DNA of 64,000 nt from Ignavibacteriota bacterium (GTDB lineage Bacteria; Bacteroidota; Ignavibacteria; UBA10030; CAVZMI01), in assembly GCA_963776275.1 (NCBI GenBank), contig CAVZMI010000023.1, forward strand, positions 320,001 to 384,000, read 5' to 3'. Positions 1 through 10,754 of the stretch are shown here, in pieces. Under the pieces are notes generated by a model. That model did no database searches. It was not told the origin of the DNA and was given only the letters and a program-made list of their open reading frames with translations. Numbering within the stretch: the stretch's first letter is position 1; each line of letters begins with the position of its first letter. The position numbers and the translations under genes were made by a program.

Positions 1-40
1 AGAGGCTGGGATTTAGAAAGCGAGTATTCGCTCCTGATTA

Positions 41-170
41 GATTCCGATATTCCGCCTACGTCCTGCTTTCCCTCGACCCCTCGATACCCTTCGACAAGC
101 TCAGGGTTCACTCGGGGCAAGCAAGCTCGAGGATTCCGCAGGACTTCGGCGGACAGGCGGTCGGAATGAC
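41..170. repeat. Five-layer nested cluster of short palindromic REP-like elements
   Basis: Layer 1: GATTCCGATAT(41-51)/CGGTCGGAATGAC(158-170). Layer 2: TCCGCCTACGTCCTGC(52-67)/GCAGGACTTCGGCGGACAGG(138-157). Layer 3: CCCTCGAC(71-78)/AAGCTCGAGG(123-132). Layer 4: CCCTCGATAC(79-88)/CTCGGGGCAAGC(111-122). Layer 5: CCTTCGACAAGCTCAGGGTTCA(89-110). Confidence 0.75.
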
Positions 171-204
171 AAAGATATAATTTGGTCAAGCTGCATTGTT
201 TGAC

Positions 205-233
205 TTGAAATAATGCCCCTGTTTTTGTATACT
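205..233 (+). promoter_or_regulatory. Putative sigma70 promoter for clpS-alaS-gmhA
   Basis: TTGAAA(205-210), 17-nt spacer, TATACT(228-233). Confidence 0.55.
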
Positions 234-286
234 AAAGTCCCGTCTTTCCTTCCGGAAAACGGGGCTTTTTATTACTATATTGATGT

Positions 287-574
287 ATGACTGACGAGAA
301 TATAAAACCGGTACTTGAAATCGACGACGATACTACCACTCATACCGATGAGCCGACACGCGCCATTCTTTTCAACGACGAGATCCATACCTTTGATGAA
401 GTGATTGCGCAGATCAAAAAAGCAACGGGATGTGGTCAGGCAAAGGCTGAAACCCTGACGTGGGAGGTTCATTCCAAAGGAAAAGCGTGCGTGTGGGAAG
501 GAACGATGGAGCGCTGCATCCAGGTCGTCATTGTCCTGGAGGAAATCCAGCTCCATACACAAATTGAAATGTGA
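287..574 (+). CDS. clpS: ATP-dependent Clp protease adaptor ClpS
   Basis: 95 aa with ILFNDEIHTFDEVI and EVHSKGKACV, matching ClpS motifs. Confidence 0.85.
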   Translation: MTDENIKPVLEIDDDTTTHTDEPTRAILFNDEIHTFDEVIAQIKKATGCGQAKAETLTWEVHSKGKACVWEGTMERCIQVVIVLEEIQLHTQIEM

Positions 575-590
575 GTGAGAAAAAACCATT

Positions 591-3465
591 ATGACCTCTC
601 GGGAAATTCGGGCAAGCTTTTTGAAATACTTTGAGTCGAAGCAGCACCGCATCGTGCCCAGCGCCCCCGTCATACCCCACGGCGATCCTACACTCCTCTT
701 TACCAATGCCGGGATGAACCAGTTCAAGGAGGTATTTCTAGGAACCGGAAAACGCGACTATACCCGCGCCGCAGATACACAAAAATGCATCCGCGTCAGT
801 GGAAAACATAACGATCTCGAAGAGGTCGGACGCGATACATACCACCACACGTTTTTCGAAATGCTCGGCAACTGGTCGTTCGGCGATTACTATAAAAAAG
901 AAGCAATCCAATGGGCTTGGGAGCTTCTAACAGACGTATGGAAACTTCCAAAAAAGCGGCTCTGGGCAACCGTCTACCGGACCGACGACGAATCGTTCGA
1001 TCTCTGGAAATCGGCCACCGATATCGATCTGAGCCACATTCTCCGGTTCGGCGAGAAAGATAATTTTTGGGAAATGGGTGAAACCGGACCGATGCGGTCC
1101 TTGCTCCGAGATTCATATCGATCTCACACCGGGCGCCGATGCTCCGGCATCGCTCGTCAATGCCGGCTCTCCTCTTTTAATCGAAATCTGGAACCTGGTC
1201 TTTATCCAGAATAATCGTAATGATCGCGGTGAGCTGGAAGAACTACCTGCAAAACATGTCGATACCGGTATGGGATTCGAACGTGTCTGTGGCATCATGG
1301 AGGCTATCAAATATAATTTTCAGCGCCCGCCGTCGAACTACGACTCGGATGTCTTCACACCTCTTTTAACCATGATCTCGAAAATATCCGGACTCCCGTA
1401 TGGTAAAGAGAGAGAACACGACATAGCAATGCGCGTCATCTCCGATCATATCCGTGCCCTGACGTTTGCAATCGCCGACGGCGCGATACCGTCGAACGAA
1501 GGACGCGGATATGTACTGCGGAGAATTCTCCGCCGCGCGGCACGGTTCGGACGTACACTCGGATTGCGTGAACCTTTTCTCTATCAACTTGTCGGTACCT
1601 TGGTCGATACGATGTCGGATATCTTTCCAGAAATAAAAGAACATCAAAAACACATCGAACGCGTGATCAAGAGTGAAGAAGAAGGATTCAACCAGACACT
1701 TGACCGGGGACTGGCAATTTTCGAAAACGCTGTGCAGGCAATTAGAAATTCTAGGGTCTTCCCGGGTGAAATAGCGTTCAAGCTCTATGACACATATGGT
1801 TTTCCGCTCGACCTCACACAACTACTAGGCGGCGAACGCGGATTAAGTGTTGACACGGAGACATTCACTAAATTGATGGAAAGACAAAAAGAGCAAGCTC
1901 GGGAAGTGAATAAGAGAAAAATTGGTGAAGAACTTCTCGAAGATTATGGTATCAAACCAAGATCAAAAGATTCTACAAGAGCCGAAGAAATCGAAATGCT
2001 AACCGATTATGGATACGACTTAAAGGAATTAGATAATTATAGCACGCGGTTTCTCGGTTATGATTATGATCACTTAGAATCTGAGGCCACTCTGCAACGA
2101 GTTATACCTGGAAGAACTCGACTCATACTTATTCTTAACCAAAGTCCATTTTATGCTGAAGCAGGCGGGCAAGTTGGCGATCAAGGGAAAATCGAGCTAG
2201 GTGAGACAACTTTTAAAGTCATCGATACTCAGAAGAACATAAATGCGTATCTTCATATCGTTGAGAAATCAGATACCTGGGATCCAAAGCAACACCTCGT
2301 AATCGCTAAAGTCGATAAACCGCGCCGGCTCTCTATTATGCGCAATCATAGTGCTACGCATCTGTTGCATGCGGCACTGCGAAAAATCCTCGGCACGCAT
2401 GTCCACCAATCCGGCTCTCTGGTCGATCCCGATCATCTTCGGTTCGACTTCGCACATTTCAGTAAAGTCACTGAGGCCGAGCTTAATGCAATTGAAAACC
2501 TCGTGAACGAAAAAATCGTCGAGAGCATTCCGCTACAGCATTACCGCGATATCCCGTTTGAGCGGGCGAAGCAAATGGGCGCATTGATGTTTTTCGGCGA
2601 TAAATACGGCGACCGGGTCAATGTATGTCAATTCGGCGATTTCAGCATGGAATTTTGTGGCGGGACGCATGTGCTGAATACGAAAGAGATCGGCTTTTTC
2701 AAGTTCCGGTTTGAAGGAAGTATTGCAAGCGGCATACGCCGTGTGGAAGCGCTCACGCACGATCATGCCCTCGAATTCCTTGCTCTCCAGAACAAGTCGT
2801 ACTTCGAGCGAATAGAATACGGATATACAATTCTAACCGATATTGAATCGCTTGTACAGAACCTCGGCGCGGCGGGAATCAAAGTAACAACTGATCCGGG
2901 GGTAATCGAAAATCAATTGAAGCTGTATGAGAATATTCCCGGACTTCCCTCTTCGATAATTCCTGCCGATATGAAACGGGCATTTGAAGAACAAAGGATA
3001 AGGTTCCGGAAACTCGAAGATACAATTCTGGAGCTTGCCGATGTGAAGAAAAAGCTCGAAAAAGAGCTCAGCCGCCGAAAAATACAATCTTCGGCAGCCG
3101 ACATCGATACACTTATTCAAAAGGCAACTGTGACAAACGGGATCAAGATTATTGCGTCGAAAATCGATGCAAGCGACATGGAGTCCTTGAAATCCATCGG
3201 CGATACACTGCGCGCAAAGCTTGGCACCGGCATCGGCATATTGGCGGCTATAACAGAAGAAAAAGTGGCTCTTGTATGTGTTGTAACTGACGATCTTGTC
3301 GCACAAAAAAAATTAAGTGCCGGAAAAATCGTCGGTGAAGTGGCAAAACTTCTGGGCGGAGGCGGAGGCGGACGTCCTCACATGGCAACCGCCGGAGGAA
3401 AAGACATAGCAAAGCTCGATGATGCACTCCAGAAAGTGACATCAATTGTACAGTCGATGCTCTAA
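591..3465 (+). CDS. alaS: Alanine--tRNA ligase (one +1 frameshift near 1092, probably an assembly error)
   Basis: [29 protein letters not shown], editing motifs NHSATHLLH and EFCGGTHV, C-terminal [14 protein letters not shown]. Removing A1092 restores GETGPCGPCSE and joins ORFs 591..1214 and 1078..3465. Confidence 0.95.
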
Positions 3466-3507
3466 TGAGCATCCGTCAGATATGACCAGTTGAAGGAGAA
3501 CTAAATT

Positions 3508-4113
3508 ATGGCTCATCTCCCATTGACAATCGCCTATCGGCAGAAATTTATTAAGGACTCGCTTGTCGAGAGCGCCGAGACGAAGAAGAAGATCGCCGAG
3601 CAATGCACGGGCGATATCAGCAAAGTCATCGATATGATCGTCGATGCGCTCAACAAGAAGAAAAAAGTTCTCCTGTGCGGCAACGGCGGGAGTGCAGCCG
3701 ATGCGCAGCATCTTGCCGCGGAGTTTGTCATACGATTGAACCACAACATCAAGCGTCCGGGCATTCCTGCGCTATCACTCTCAACAGATGTTTCGAATCT
3801 TACTGCCGGTTCGAATGATTTCGGTTATGATAATGTTTTCGCCCGGAATGTGGAAGCGCTGGGAAATACGGGCGATATCCTGATAGGTATCAGCACGAGC
3901 GGCAATTCGGAGAGTGTAAACCGCGCATTTCAGAAGGCCCGTGAGAAGGGCATGAAAACGATAGGCTTCCTTGGAAAAGACGGCGGTAAATCGAAAGGTC
4001 TCTGCGATCTGCCGATTATTATTCCCTCCAACGATATCCAGCGAATCCAGGAAGGCCATATTACCATCGGCCACATAATATTCTGGCAAGTTGAACAAGA
4101 GATGTATGGTTGA
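3508..4113 (+). CDS. gmhA: D-sedoheptulose 7-phosphate isomerase
   Basis: CGNGGSAADAQH, GISTSGNS and RIQEGH SIS-domain motifs. Confidence 0.92.
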   Translation: MAHLPLTIAYRQKFIKDSLVESAETKKKIAEQCTGDISKVIDMIVDALNKKKKVLLCGNGGSAADAQHLAAEFVIRLNHNIKRPGIPALSLSTDVSNLTAGSNDFGYDNVFARNVEALGNTGDILIGISTSGNSESVNRAFQKAREKGMKTIGFLGKDGGKSKGLCDLPIIIPSNDIQRIQEGHITIGHIIFWQVEQEMYG

Positions 4114-4114
4114 T

Positions 4115-5539
4115 ATGGCACAGCCGCGACGAAACGATATCCTTGTCCCGCTCTTCACACTCGTCTGTGATGCCGTTGCGATTGAATCGGCGTTTCTTCT
4201 TTCTTACTGGATTCGATTTTTCTCACCGTTTACATCGATTGTCGAGGTCATGACCGAGATCCCGCCACTTCGTGCTTATATCGAAGGGACACTGTTCATC
4301 ATTCCTGCATGGCTTTTAATTTTTCAATCGCGCCGGATGTACGCTGTCCGGCGAAACACATATATCACCGATGAGTTCTTCGCCATTGTAAAAGTCGTCA
4401 CGATCGGCATGTTAATTGTCATGAGCGCGGCATTTTTTTATCGGGCATTTTCTTATTCGCGTGTCGTGTTCGGTTTAATGTGGCTGCTTTCGATCATCCT
4501 GTTATCCATGGGGCGATTTTCCACAATTGCGTTTGAACGTGCTCTTTATCGGCGCGGAAAAGAGCTTCGAAACGTAGCGCTTATCGGTTCTGGAGAAACG
4601 GCGCTTAGAGTTCTCCGCGCACTCGCAAAGGCTCCTTTTCTCGGGTACAATATTGCAGGTTATGCTGCCGATAAGAAAAGCCCGCTTCCCGGTTTCCCGG
4701 ATTTTCGCTTCCTGGGACAGATTGCCGGAATAAGCGATATTTTCAAGCGCGAAGAAATCGAGCTTGTGCTGATTGCGCTTCCCTATTCCGATCACCCAAA
4801 GATCGTGCAACTTGCCCGGGAATGCGAGGGATATAATATTGAGGTGATGTTCGTTCCTGATATGCTCGAAATAATTACAAGCCGGCTGCGCGATGAGAGA
4901 GATTGAAGGAATCCCTTTTATCACCATCAAAGCGAGTGGCAATGTCGAACTGGGGAGGAATTTTTAAGCAGATATTCGATCTCGTTTGTTTCATCTCCTG
5001 CTTCTCATTCTCCTTCTCCCGTTATTTATCCTTATTACGTTTATCATCAAGCTCGATTCGCCACGGTCCGGTTTTTTATCTTCAGGAGCGCGATGGGATT
5101 CGACGGTAAACATTTCCGGATGATAAAGTTCAGATCAATGAAAACAGGAGCGGAAACGGCCCAACAGGAGATTCGATTGGGAATAAAGAATGATCCACGG
5201 CGAACAGGGGTCGGTATCTTCTTGAGAAAAACAAGCCTTGATGAACTTCCACAACTTATCAATGTTCTTAAAGGGGAAATGAGCCTTGTAGGCCCCCGCC
5301 CGGAACGAACCGACTATGTCGAACAATTTAAAAAAGTCATTCCAAAATACCTCGACAGGCACCGTGTGAAAACCGGTATGACCGGTTGGGCGCAGGTCAA
5401 TGGCTTTCGGGGTGATACTTCATTAGAAGATCGAATCTCATATGATCTGTACTACATCGAACATTGGTCATTCACGTTTGATCTTAAAATTTTACTTCGT
5501 ACAATCCGTGAATTACTGTGGAGCCGTTCAGCAGAATAA
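4115..5539 (+). CDS. Undecaprenyl-phosphate glucose phosphotransferase (WcaJ-like), with several frameshifts at about 4890-5100
   Basis: N-terminal TM helices and a CoA-binding-like domain; C-terminal [39 protein letters not shown]. Pieces are ORFs 4091..4906, 4903..5109 and 5093..5539. Confidence 0.85.
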
Positions 5540-5675
5540 CTAGTGTCGAGTACCAAAAATAACTTTAATGATCAAAAGCCTACTTTCAGCTTTAAACTGC
5601 TGGAAATGGCAATAGAATCAGTTATGACTTATTAAAGTTATTTTTGAATCGAGACACCCGATGGAGTAATTATCA

Positions 5676-5996
5676 ATGATCGAAGTCGCTGTGTTTTACC
5701 TTCACGCAATCGCTGCCATTGCCGCTTTTACAAAACGCTGGCAGGATGAAGGATTTGGTGAAGGAATTCTCGGCGTGGCATTTATGGCACTGATTTTTTC
5801 AGTGGGATGGACAATTACAACGTTCCTGATACGTTTGCTTACTCCCGAAAAGGGATTCAGCCGTATATTCGATCGGGATGCACTTTCATTACTTCTGCTG
5901 ACAATCAGTGAGGGAATTTTTTATTATTTCTATTTGAAAGGATCAATAAAACTTCACTCCCCTCCTGTGGAAGGAACGGATATAAAAAAACCGTAG
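5676..5996 (+). CDS. Small hypothetical membrane protein (about 3 TM helices)
   Basis: GGAG RBS upstream; three hydrophobic segments. Confidence 0.7.
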   Translation: MIEVAVFYLHAIAAIAAFTKRWQDEGFGEGILGVAFMALIFSVGWTITTFLIRLLTPEKGFSRIFDRDALSLLLLTISEGIFYYFYLKGSIKLHSPPVEGTDIKKP

Positions 5997-6014
5997 AATA
6001 TATCCACGGTTTTT
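5986..6014. terminator. Bidirectional intrinsic terminator
   Basis: AAAAACCGT...ACGGTTTTT hairpin between convergent genes. Confidence 0.6.
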
Positions 6015-6177
6015 CCTTCTGGAGGCAGTGGTTCTTTATAACGATCACCGCCGCCAAAAAGATGATTAAATACTTTCAATGCTCACTACAACCGATTTTC
6101 AACCCCTCCGCACAAAAAAACACTTCCGGAAGTCACTACTTCCGTTCCTTTTCACAATCACAGTACAAGTAATCCGA

Positions 6178-6801
6178 TCATTGAGCTCTAACGACGATGA
6201 CACGAGTCTCGGCATTTTCACCGAGGTGAGCAGCGACAGTTCTCGCCTCTTGCTCAGAAGCATATCGACCGACTCTCACACTCCACCGTGTGCCCGCTTT
6301 CGTTTCGGCTTTCACAACGTATGCATCAAGTCCGGCATCCCGAAGCTGTGCCACATGGACATCGGCTTTTTCCGGATCAGTCCATGAGGAAATCTGAACT
6401 GCAAATTCTCCACTTCCGGCCGGCTGCACAGGCGGCAATTCTTTCTTCGTTATCGGTTCTTTTACGGCTTGTCCTTTTTTCGATTCGCCTTTTTTCGATC
6501 CGATTTTCTTTGATTCGAGCGATGCGACCTCTGGTTTCGCCGTATCTTTTGCTGCCATTGCTGTTGTATCGACTGGAGGTGGAGGTGCAATCCTCTTCAC
6601 CGTTAGCTTTGGACCCCACAGTTTGATGATACCTGCGTTATTCAGGAAAAACAGTGCGCCTCCAAGCACAACTAAAATCAAGACGATATAGAGAACCATG
6701 ACCATCGATTTATTGTGAGGTCCTTCATCCCGTCTTCGTAGTCGTGGAGTCATCGGTTCTTCATGAACAATCTCATCATCTTTGAGATTCAGATTTGGCA
6801 T
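6178..6801 (-). CDS. SPOR domain membrane-anchored protein
   Basis: One TM helix, Pro/Lys-rich linker, C-terminal FAVQISSW...WSVRVGRYASEQEA SPOR motif; GGAGG RBS. Confidence 0.85.
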   Translation of the reverse strand: MPNLNLKDDEIVHEEPMTPRLRRRDEGPHNKSMVMVLYIVLILVVLGGALFFLNNAGIIKLWGPKLTVKRIAPPPPVDTTAMAAKDTAKPEVASLESKKIGSKKGESKKGQAVKEPITKKELPPVQPAGSGEFAVQISSWTDPEKADVHVAQLRDAGLDAYVVKAETKAGTRWSVRVGRYASEQEARTVAAHLGENAETRVIVVRAQ

Positions 6802-7163
6802 GACATTGGCCTCCTTTGTGATTACTTACTATACTGTTATCTGAGAAGATTGTCGATATTCATTAAAAGTGCAAGAACTTTTTTATTTTTTCTTCGATCC
6901 TAGAATGACAGTCCCTACCCCTCTTTTCTGTATTTCGTTCAATATAAGAAATTGCCATATCATTTGCAGTTTTTTCAGAGCGAGGACGGTTTTTCTGTGA
7001 TTATCACACCCCCAACCTTGCAGCAGACCCCGGAACCGGAAAAACAGCTAATTTCTTGAAAATAAAGCAGTAAACGGCACTTTCCTTGGGAATTCTGGCA
7101 ACAAATTATCCTGCATCAGATAAAGACTATACTATCCGGCAATTCAGAGAGACTATCATTGAT

Positions 7164-7955
7164 TCAACTGAAAACCATAAGTAAAAGGAACGCGGAGACA
7201 GCACCACAGATTGATGCACAGAAATTGACACCATCATTTGTGAGCAGACGGATCCCCTCATAATATTCTGTTGGTATATTATCGCAGTGTCGAGGTCGTT
7301 CCGTAATATGGTGACATACAGGACAATGGTAACGTACCTGTAGAGTTGCACCGAGGAGACTATCAAAAAGGTTGGCTACGAGTCCGGAACCGCAAATTAT
7401 ATAAAATGATTGAAAATGAAATCTGAACCACGGCGTCATGCTTAGAAAAATACAGACACATCCGGCAAAACCCGCGGCAATTCCTTTCGGTGTCAATCCA
7501 CCCGATGTCCCGTGCGGAACTTTCCGGCCGTTGTGTATGCTGCGCGGTTCACTGTGCGAGAGTAATCCGATTTCGGTAGACCATGTATCGGATGTCACCG
7601 ACGCTATAACTGCGCCGTAGACGAGATACCATCTATCTTGAGGGAAAAAGATCGAAACAAGAATCAGAATACCTGCTACTCCCCCATTTGCTATAACCTG
7701 GTGCAGACGGCGTTTGGGTTTGATGTCACTGATATATTCAAACTTTTGTTTTTTCTCCCGCCCATATCGTGTCATCAGTACGGATGAAAAAAAGAAAACG
7801 AGCAGCGGGACCGACTATTGAATTCCACAGAACCCGAAAACCAGAGCACCGAGAATGAATGCGCCGATCGCAGCGGGAAGTGTTAACCAACCATATCATC
7901 TGGCAAGAGAGACAACAAGGAATGCAAGAACAACACCTAAAAAGAATTCTATCAT
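7164..7955 (-). pseudogene. DUF92 (TMEM19-like) membrane protein with two in-frame nonsense codons
   Basis: QVIANGG, SDTWSTEIG, GTSGGLT, FDSLLGATLQ and NDGVNF motifs. The frame extends to ATG 7955 but contains TGA (7898-7896) and TAG (7817-7815). Confidence 0.8.
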
Positions 7956-7975
7956 CAAATAAAAAACTCCGTCAC

Positions 7976-8938
7976 TTAATGAATTCGCTGCCGCTTGCTG
8001 AGATATTCGGTCAATGCACTATCGAATGGAGTCGTCGTATCCAAAAGCACATAATCGATATTATGCTCCCTGCATTCGCTGCGATAGCGATCGAGGAATT
8101 GTCTCATCGCCGTCTGATACGAACGCTGAATATGCCAGGGGTGCGTCATGATTTGTGCGCCGGTTTCCATATCTTTAAACACAGCGTCATTCCCAAAGGC
8201 GAACGAACGTTCGAGCGGATCGAGTACGTGCATGACGATGACTTCGTTTTTTGTATGACGAAAATGTTTGAGTGCTACCATCACTGCATCGGGATCGTCA
8301 AATAAGTCGCTGATCACGATCACAAGACCCCGGCGCTTGATCCGGTCGGCAATCTCATGCAAAGACGGAGCCGTGTTGGTTTTATTCCCCGGCGCGATGG
8401 CAGTCAATTCTTTGAGCAGCTGCTGTAAATAAGAATGCGTCGATCGGGGCGGCAGATACGATCTGATTTTCTCGTCGAATACCGCCAGTCCGACAGCATC
8501 CCGCTGTTGAATCATAAGATACGACAGCGCAGCGGCAAGATATGATCCGTAGGCGAGTTTTGTTATTGTTTTTTCCGATGCATACCCCATCGAAGAGCTT
8601 GCATCAAGTATGATGGTGGCTTTGAGATTTGTTTCTTCTTCGAATTGTTTTATGAAATAACGATCCGTCTTTCCGTAGATTTTCCAATCAATATGCCGGA
8701 TTTCATCTCCCGGCATATACTGGCGGTGTTCGGCAAACTCGACACTAAAACCATGATAGGGGGATTTATGAAGTCCGGTAATGAATCCTTCTACAACCAG
8801 ACGCGCGACAATCTCCATATTCGAGAGTCGAGCAATGACACTGGGTGTAAGGTATTTTCGATATTCCTCGATCGTTTTTCTATCGCCCCTTCTTCGCAGT
8901 GCTTTTACTCTTGGGCTGCAGAAACACTTCGTTGGCAT
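7976..8938 (-). CDS. DUF58 / vWA-domain protein (MoxR-associated family); true start may be somewhat downstream
   Basis: GLHKSPYHGFSVEFAEHRQYMPGDEIRHIDWK, DASSSM MIDAS-like motif, VISDLFD. Confidence 0.9.
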   Translation of the reverse strand: MPTKCFCSPRVKALRRRGDRKTIEEYRKYLTPSVIARLSNMEIVARLVVEGFITGLHKSPYHGFSVEFAEHRQYMPGDEIRHIDWKIYGKTDRYFIKQFEEETNLKATIILDASSSMGYASEKTITKLAYGSYLAAALSYLMIQQRDAVGLAVFDEKIRSYLPPRSTHSYLQQLLKELTAIAPGNKTNTAPSLHEIADRIKRRGLVIVISDLFDDPDAVMVALKHFRHTKNEVIVMHVLDPLERSFAFGNDAVFKDMETGAQIMTHPWHIQRSYQTAMRQFLDRYRSECREHNIDYVLLDTTTPFDSALTEYLSKRQRIH

Positions 8939-9380
8939 CCTTCCCCAGATGCTCTAACTCAAACCTGGCTGATTCGACCATCTCATTCGTCGGATACCGA
9001 TGTATGAACTCTGTGTAATATGTACGGGCACTATCGATATTTTTCAATTCATTATTGTACAAGAATCCAGTGAGAAAGAACGCCATTGGGGCATCACGGT
9101 GATCCGGAAAACGGTTGACGAATTCCTTGTAATATTTCACAGCAGTCTCATAATCCTTTATTTCGTTACTGCAAATCCCGCCGGCTTTCCAGAGGACTTC
9201 GGGAATATGCGAGCTGTTTGGATATTTATCAATTAGAAGCTGGTAATACCGGAGGGTCTCCTTTGAATCCGATTTTCGCCTGCTTTCCTGCACTTTCGAC
9301 CATATTTCTTCCTCGGACATTCCTCCACATGATATGAACGCCGTTATAAGAATAACGACAGCGAGAATACGTGCCACCAT
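8880..9380 (-). CDS. TPR-repeat lipoprotein (BamD/CpoB-like)
   Basis: Lipobox FISC; repeated Y..F...FP/YP TPR pattern. Confidence 0.75.
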   Translation of the reverse strand: MVARILAVVILITAFISCGGMSEEEIWSKVQESRRKSDSKETLRYYQLLIDKYPNSSHIPEVLWKAGGICSNEIKDYETAVKYYKEFVNRFPDHRDAPMAFFLTGFLYNNELKNIDSARTYYTEFIHRYPTNEMVESARFELEHLGKDANEVFLQPKSKSTAKKGR

Positions 9381-9416
9381 AGTATTTCCTTTCTGCTTTA
9401 TGAACAATTTACTTCA

Positions 9417-10754
9417 TTAGCGTATACGACGAAGTGCTGCTGCGAAAAACCCGTCGGTTCCCTGAACCGAAGGCAGTAGTCGAACAACGTCACCACCGTT
9501 ACAATCCTTGATACCCCATCGGTCGAGTAACGGTTGGGGTTTTTGTATTACAATATCCGGATTTTCCTTGAGAAAATCCTCTATGACATCATCATTCTCA
9601 AGCCGGAAAAGTGAACATGTCGCATATACAACAGTTCCACCTACTTTAGCACAACGCGAATATCGTTCCAGCAGTTCTCTCTGTGTACGTGCATATTTTT
9701 TAACGTCATCGCCGGTGATGCGCCATTTGAGAAGCGGATTTCTCCGGATCGTTCCGCTGCCGCTGCAGGGAGCGTCGATAATCACAAGATCGGCCGTCGA
9801 TAAAAGATCGTCCGTGTTTCCCTTCTCACCGGTAACTAGTCGCGGGAAAATAATATTTGTACCCGCACGCTTTAAGCGCTGTGTAAGTTGCTTCAGACGC
9901 TCTTCACCGACATCGAGCGCGTGAATGATTCCCTGATTGTTCATAAGAGCCGCGAGGTGCAGCGATTTTCCTCCGCCGCCGGCACAGGCATCAATGACAA
10001 TGTCGGAGGGTTGCGGACCGGCCAGCAGCGAGATAATCTGACTCCCTTCATCCTGAATCTCGTAAAGGCCCTCTCTGTACGACATCAGCGCAGGAAAATT
10101 TACGCGTTTCGGTAACATAAGACCGAACGGCGATAACCTTGTCCGTTCTACCACAATTCCTTCATCGGCAAGCCGTTTCATGCACCCCGGTACATCTATT
10201 TTGAGAGTGTTCACCCGGATCGTCAGCGGTGACTGCTGATGAAGTGCACTGCAGAGCTTTTCGGTTTCGTCATGTCCGTACTGTGTGTTCCATGATTCCA
10301 CCATCCATCGTGGAAAGGAATATTCCACGCTGATACGCTCGACCGGATCATTGCCGATGAATTTCAGGTCTTTCTGCAGTTCGACATTCCGGCAAAATTC
10401 GAGCGGATCGATTCCGGGTTCGACAACATTCCATTGAGCTCCGATTTCCTCGACGACTTTTTCAGGCGGTTCATTCTTAATCCCGACGGCATATGCAGCA
10501 ACCATCCAGATTTTCGGATACACCGGCGGGATCGGCTTTTTTAACTGGCCGAGCATTTCCTGTATCAATCGTTCAATGCGATATGCGTGCCGGAAGAGGT
10601 CGTAGGTCGTCTCCGATATTATCCGACGGTCTCTCGAGCCAAGATACCGGCGTCCAAGAAAAAAACGTGCAACGACACGGTCTGCCGGCAACGGCGATTT
10701 CTGTATTTGATCAACAAGCTCGATAATATGTCCGATATGAGAGGAAGTTTTCAA
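9417..10754 (-). CDS. RsmB/NOP family RNA cytosine-C5 methyltransferase
   Basis: IQDEGSQ, DACAGGGGKS, DAPCSGSG, YATCS, TDGFF. Confidence 0.9.
   Translation of the reverse strand: MKTSSHIGHIIELVDQIQKSPLPADRVVARFFLGRRYLGSRDRRIISETTYDLFRHAYRIERLIQEMLGQLKKPIPPVYPKIWMVAAYAVGIKNEPPEKVVEEIGAQWNVVEPGIDPLEFCRNVELQKDLKFIGNDPVERISVEYSFPRWMVESWNTQYGHDETEKLCSALHQQSPLTIRVNTLKIDVPGCMKRLADEGIVVERTRLSPFGLMLPKRVNFPALMSYREGLYEIQDEGSQIISLLAGPQPSDIVIDACAGGGGKSLHLAALMNNQGIIHALDVGEERLKQLTQRLKRAGTNIIFPRLVTGEKGNTDDLLSTADLVIIDAPCSGSGTIRRNPLLKWRITGDDVKKYARTQRELLERYSRCAKVGGTVVYATCSLFRLENDDVIEDFLKENPDIVIQKPQPLLDRWGIKDCNGGDVVRLLPSVQGTDGFFAAALRRIR

Noticed and set aside
1078-1214. alaS frameshift as programmed frameshifting or pseudogene
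   Set aside because: It is a single extra A in an essential gene with no slippery site; similar indels recur across the window, so assembly error is more likely.
4890-5110. Phase variation or inactivation of the wcaJ-like gene
   Set aside because: Several clustered indels without a simple-sequence tract look like a low-quality consensus patch; this cannot be resolved without reads.
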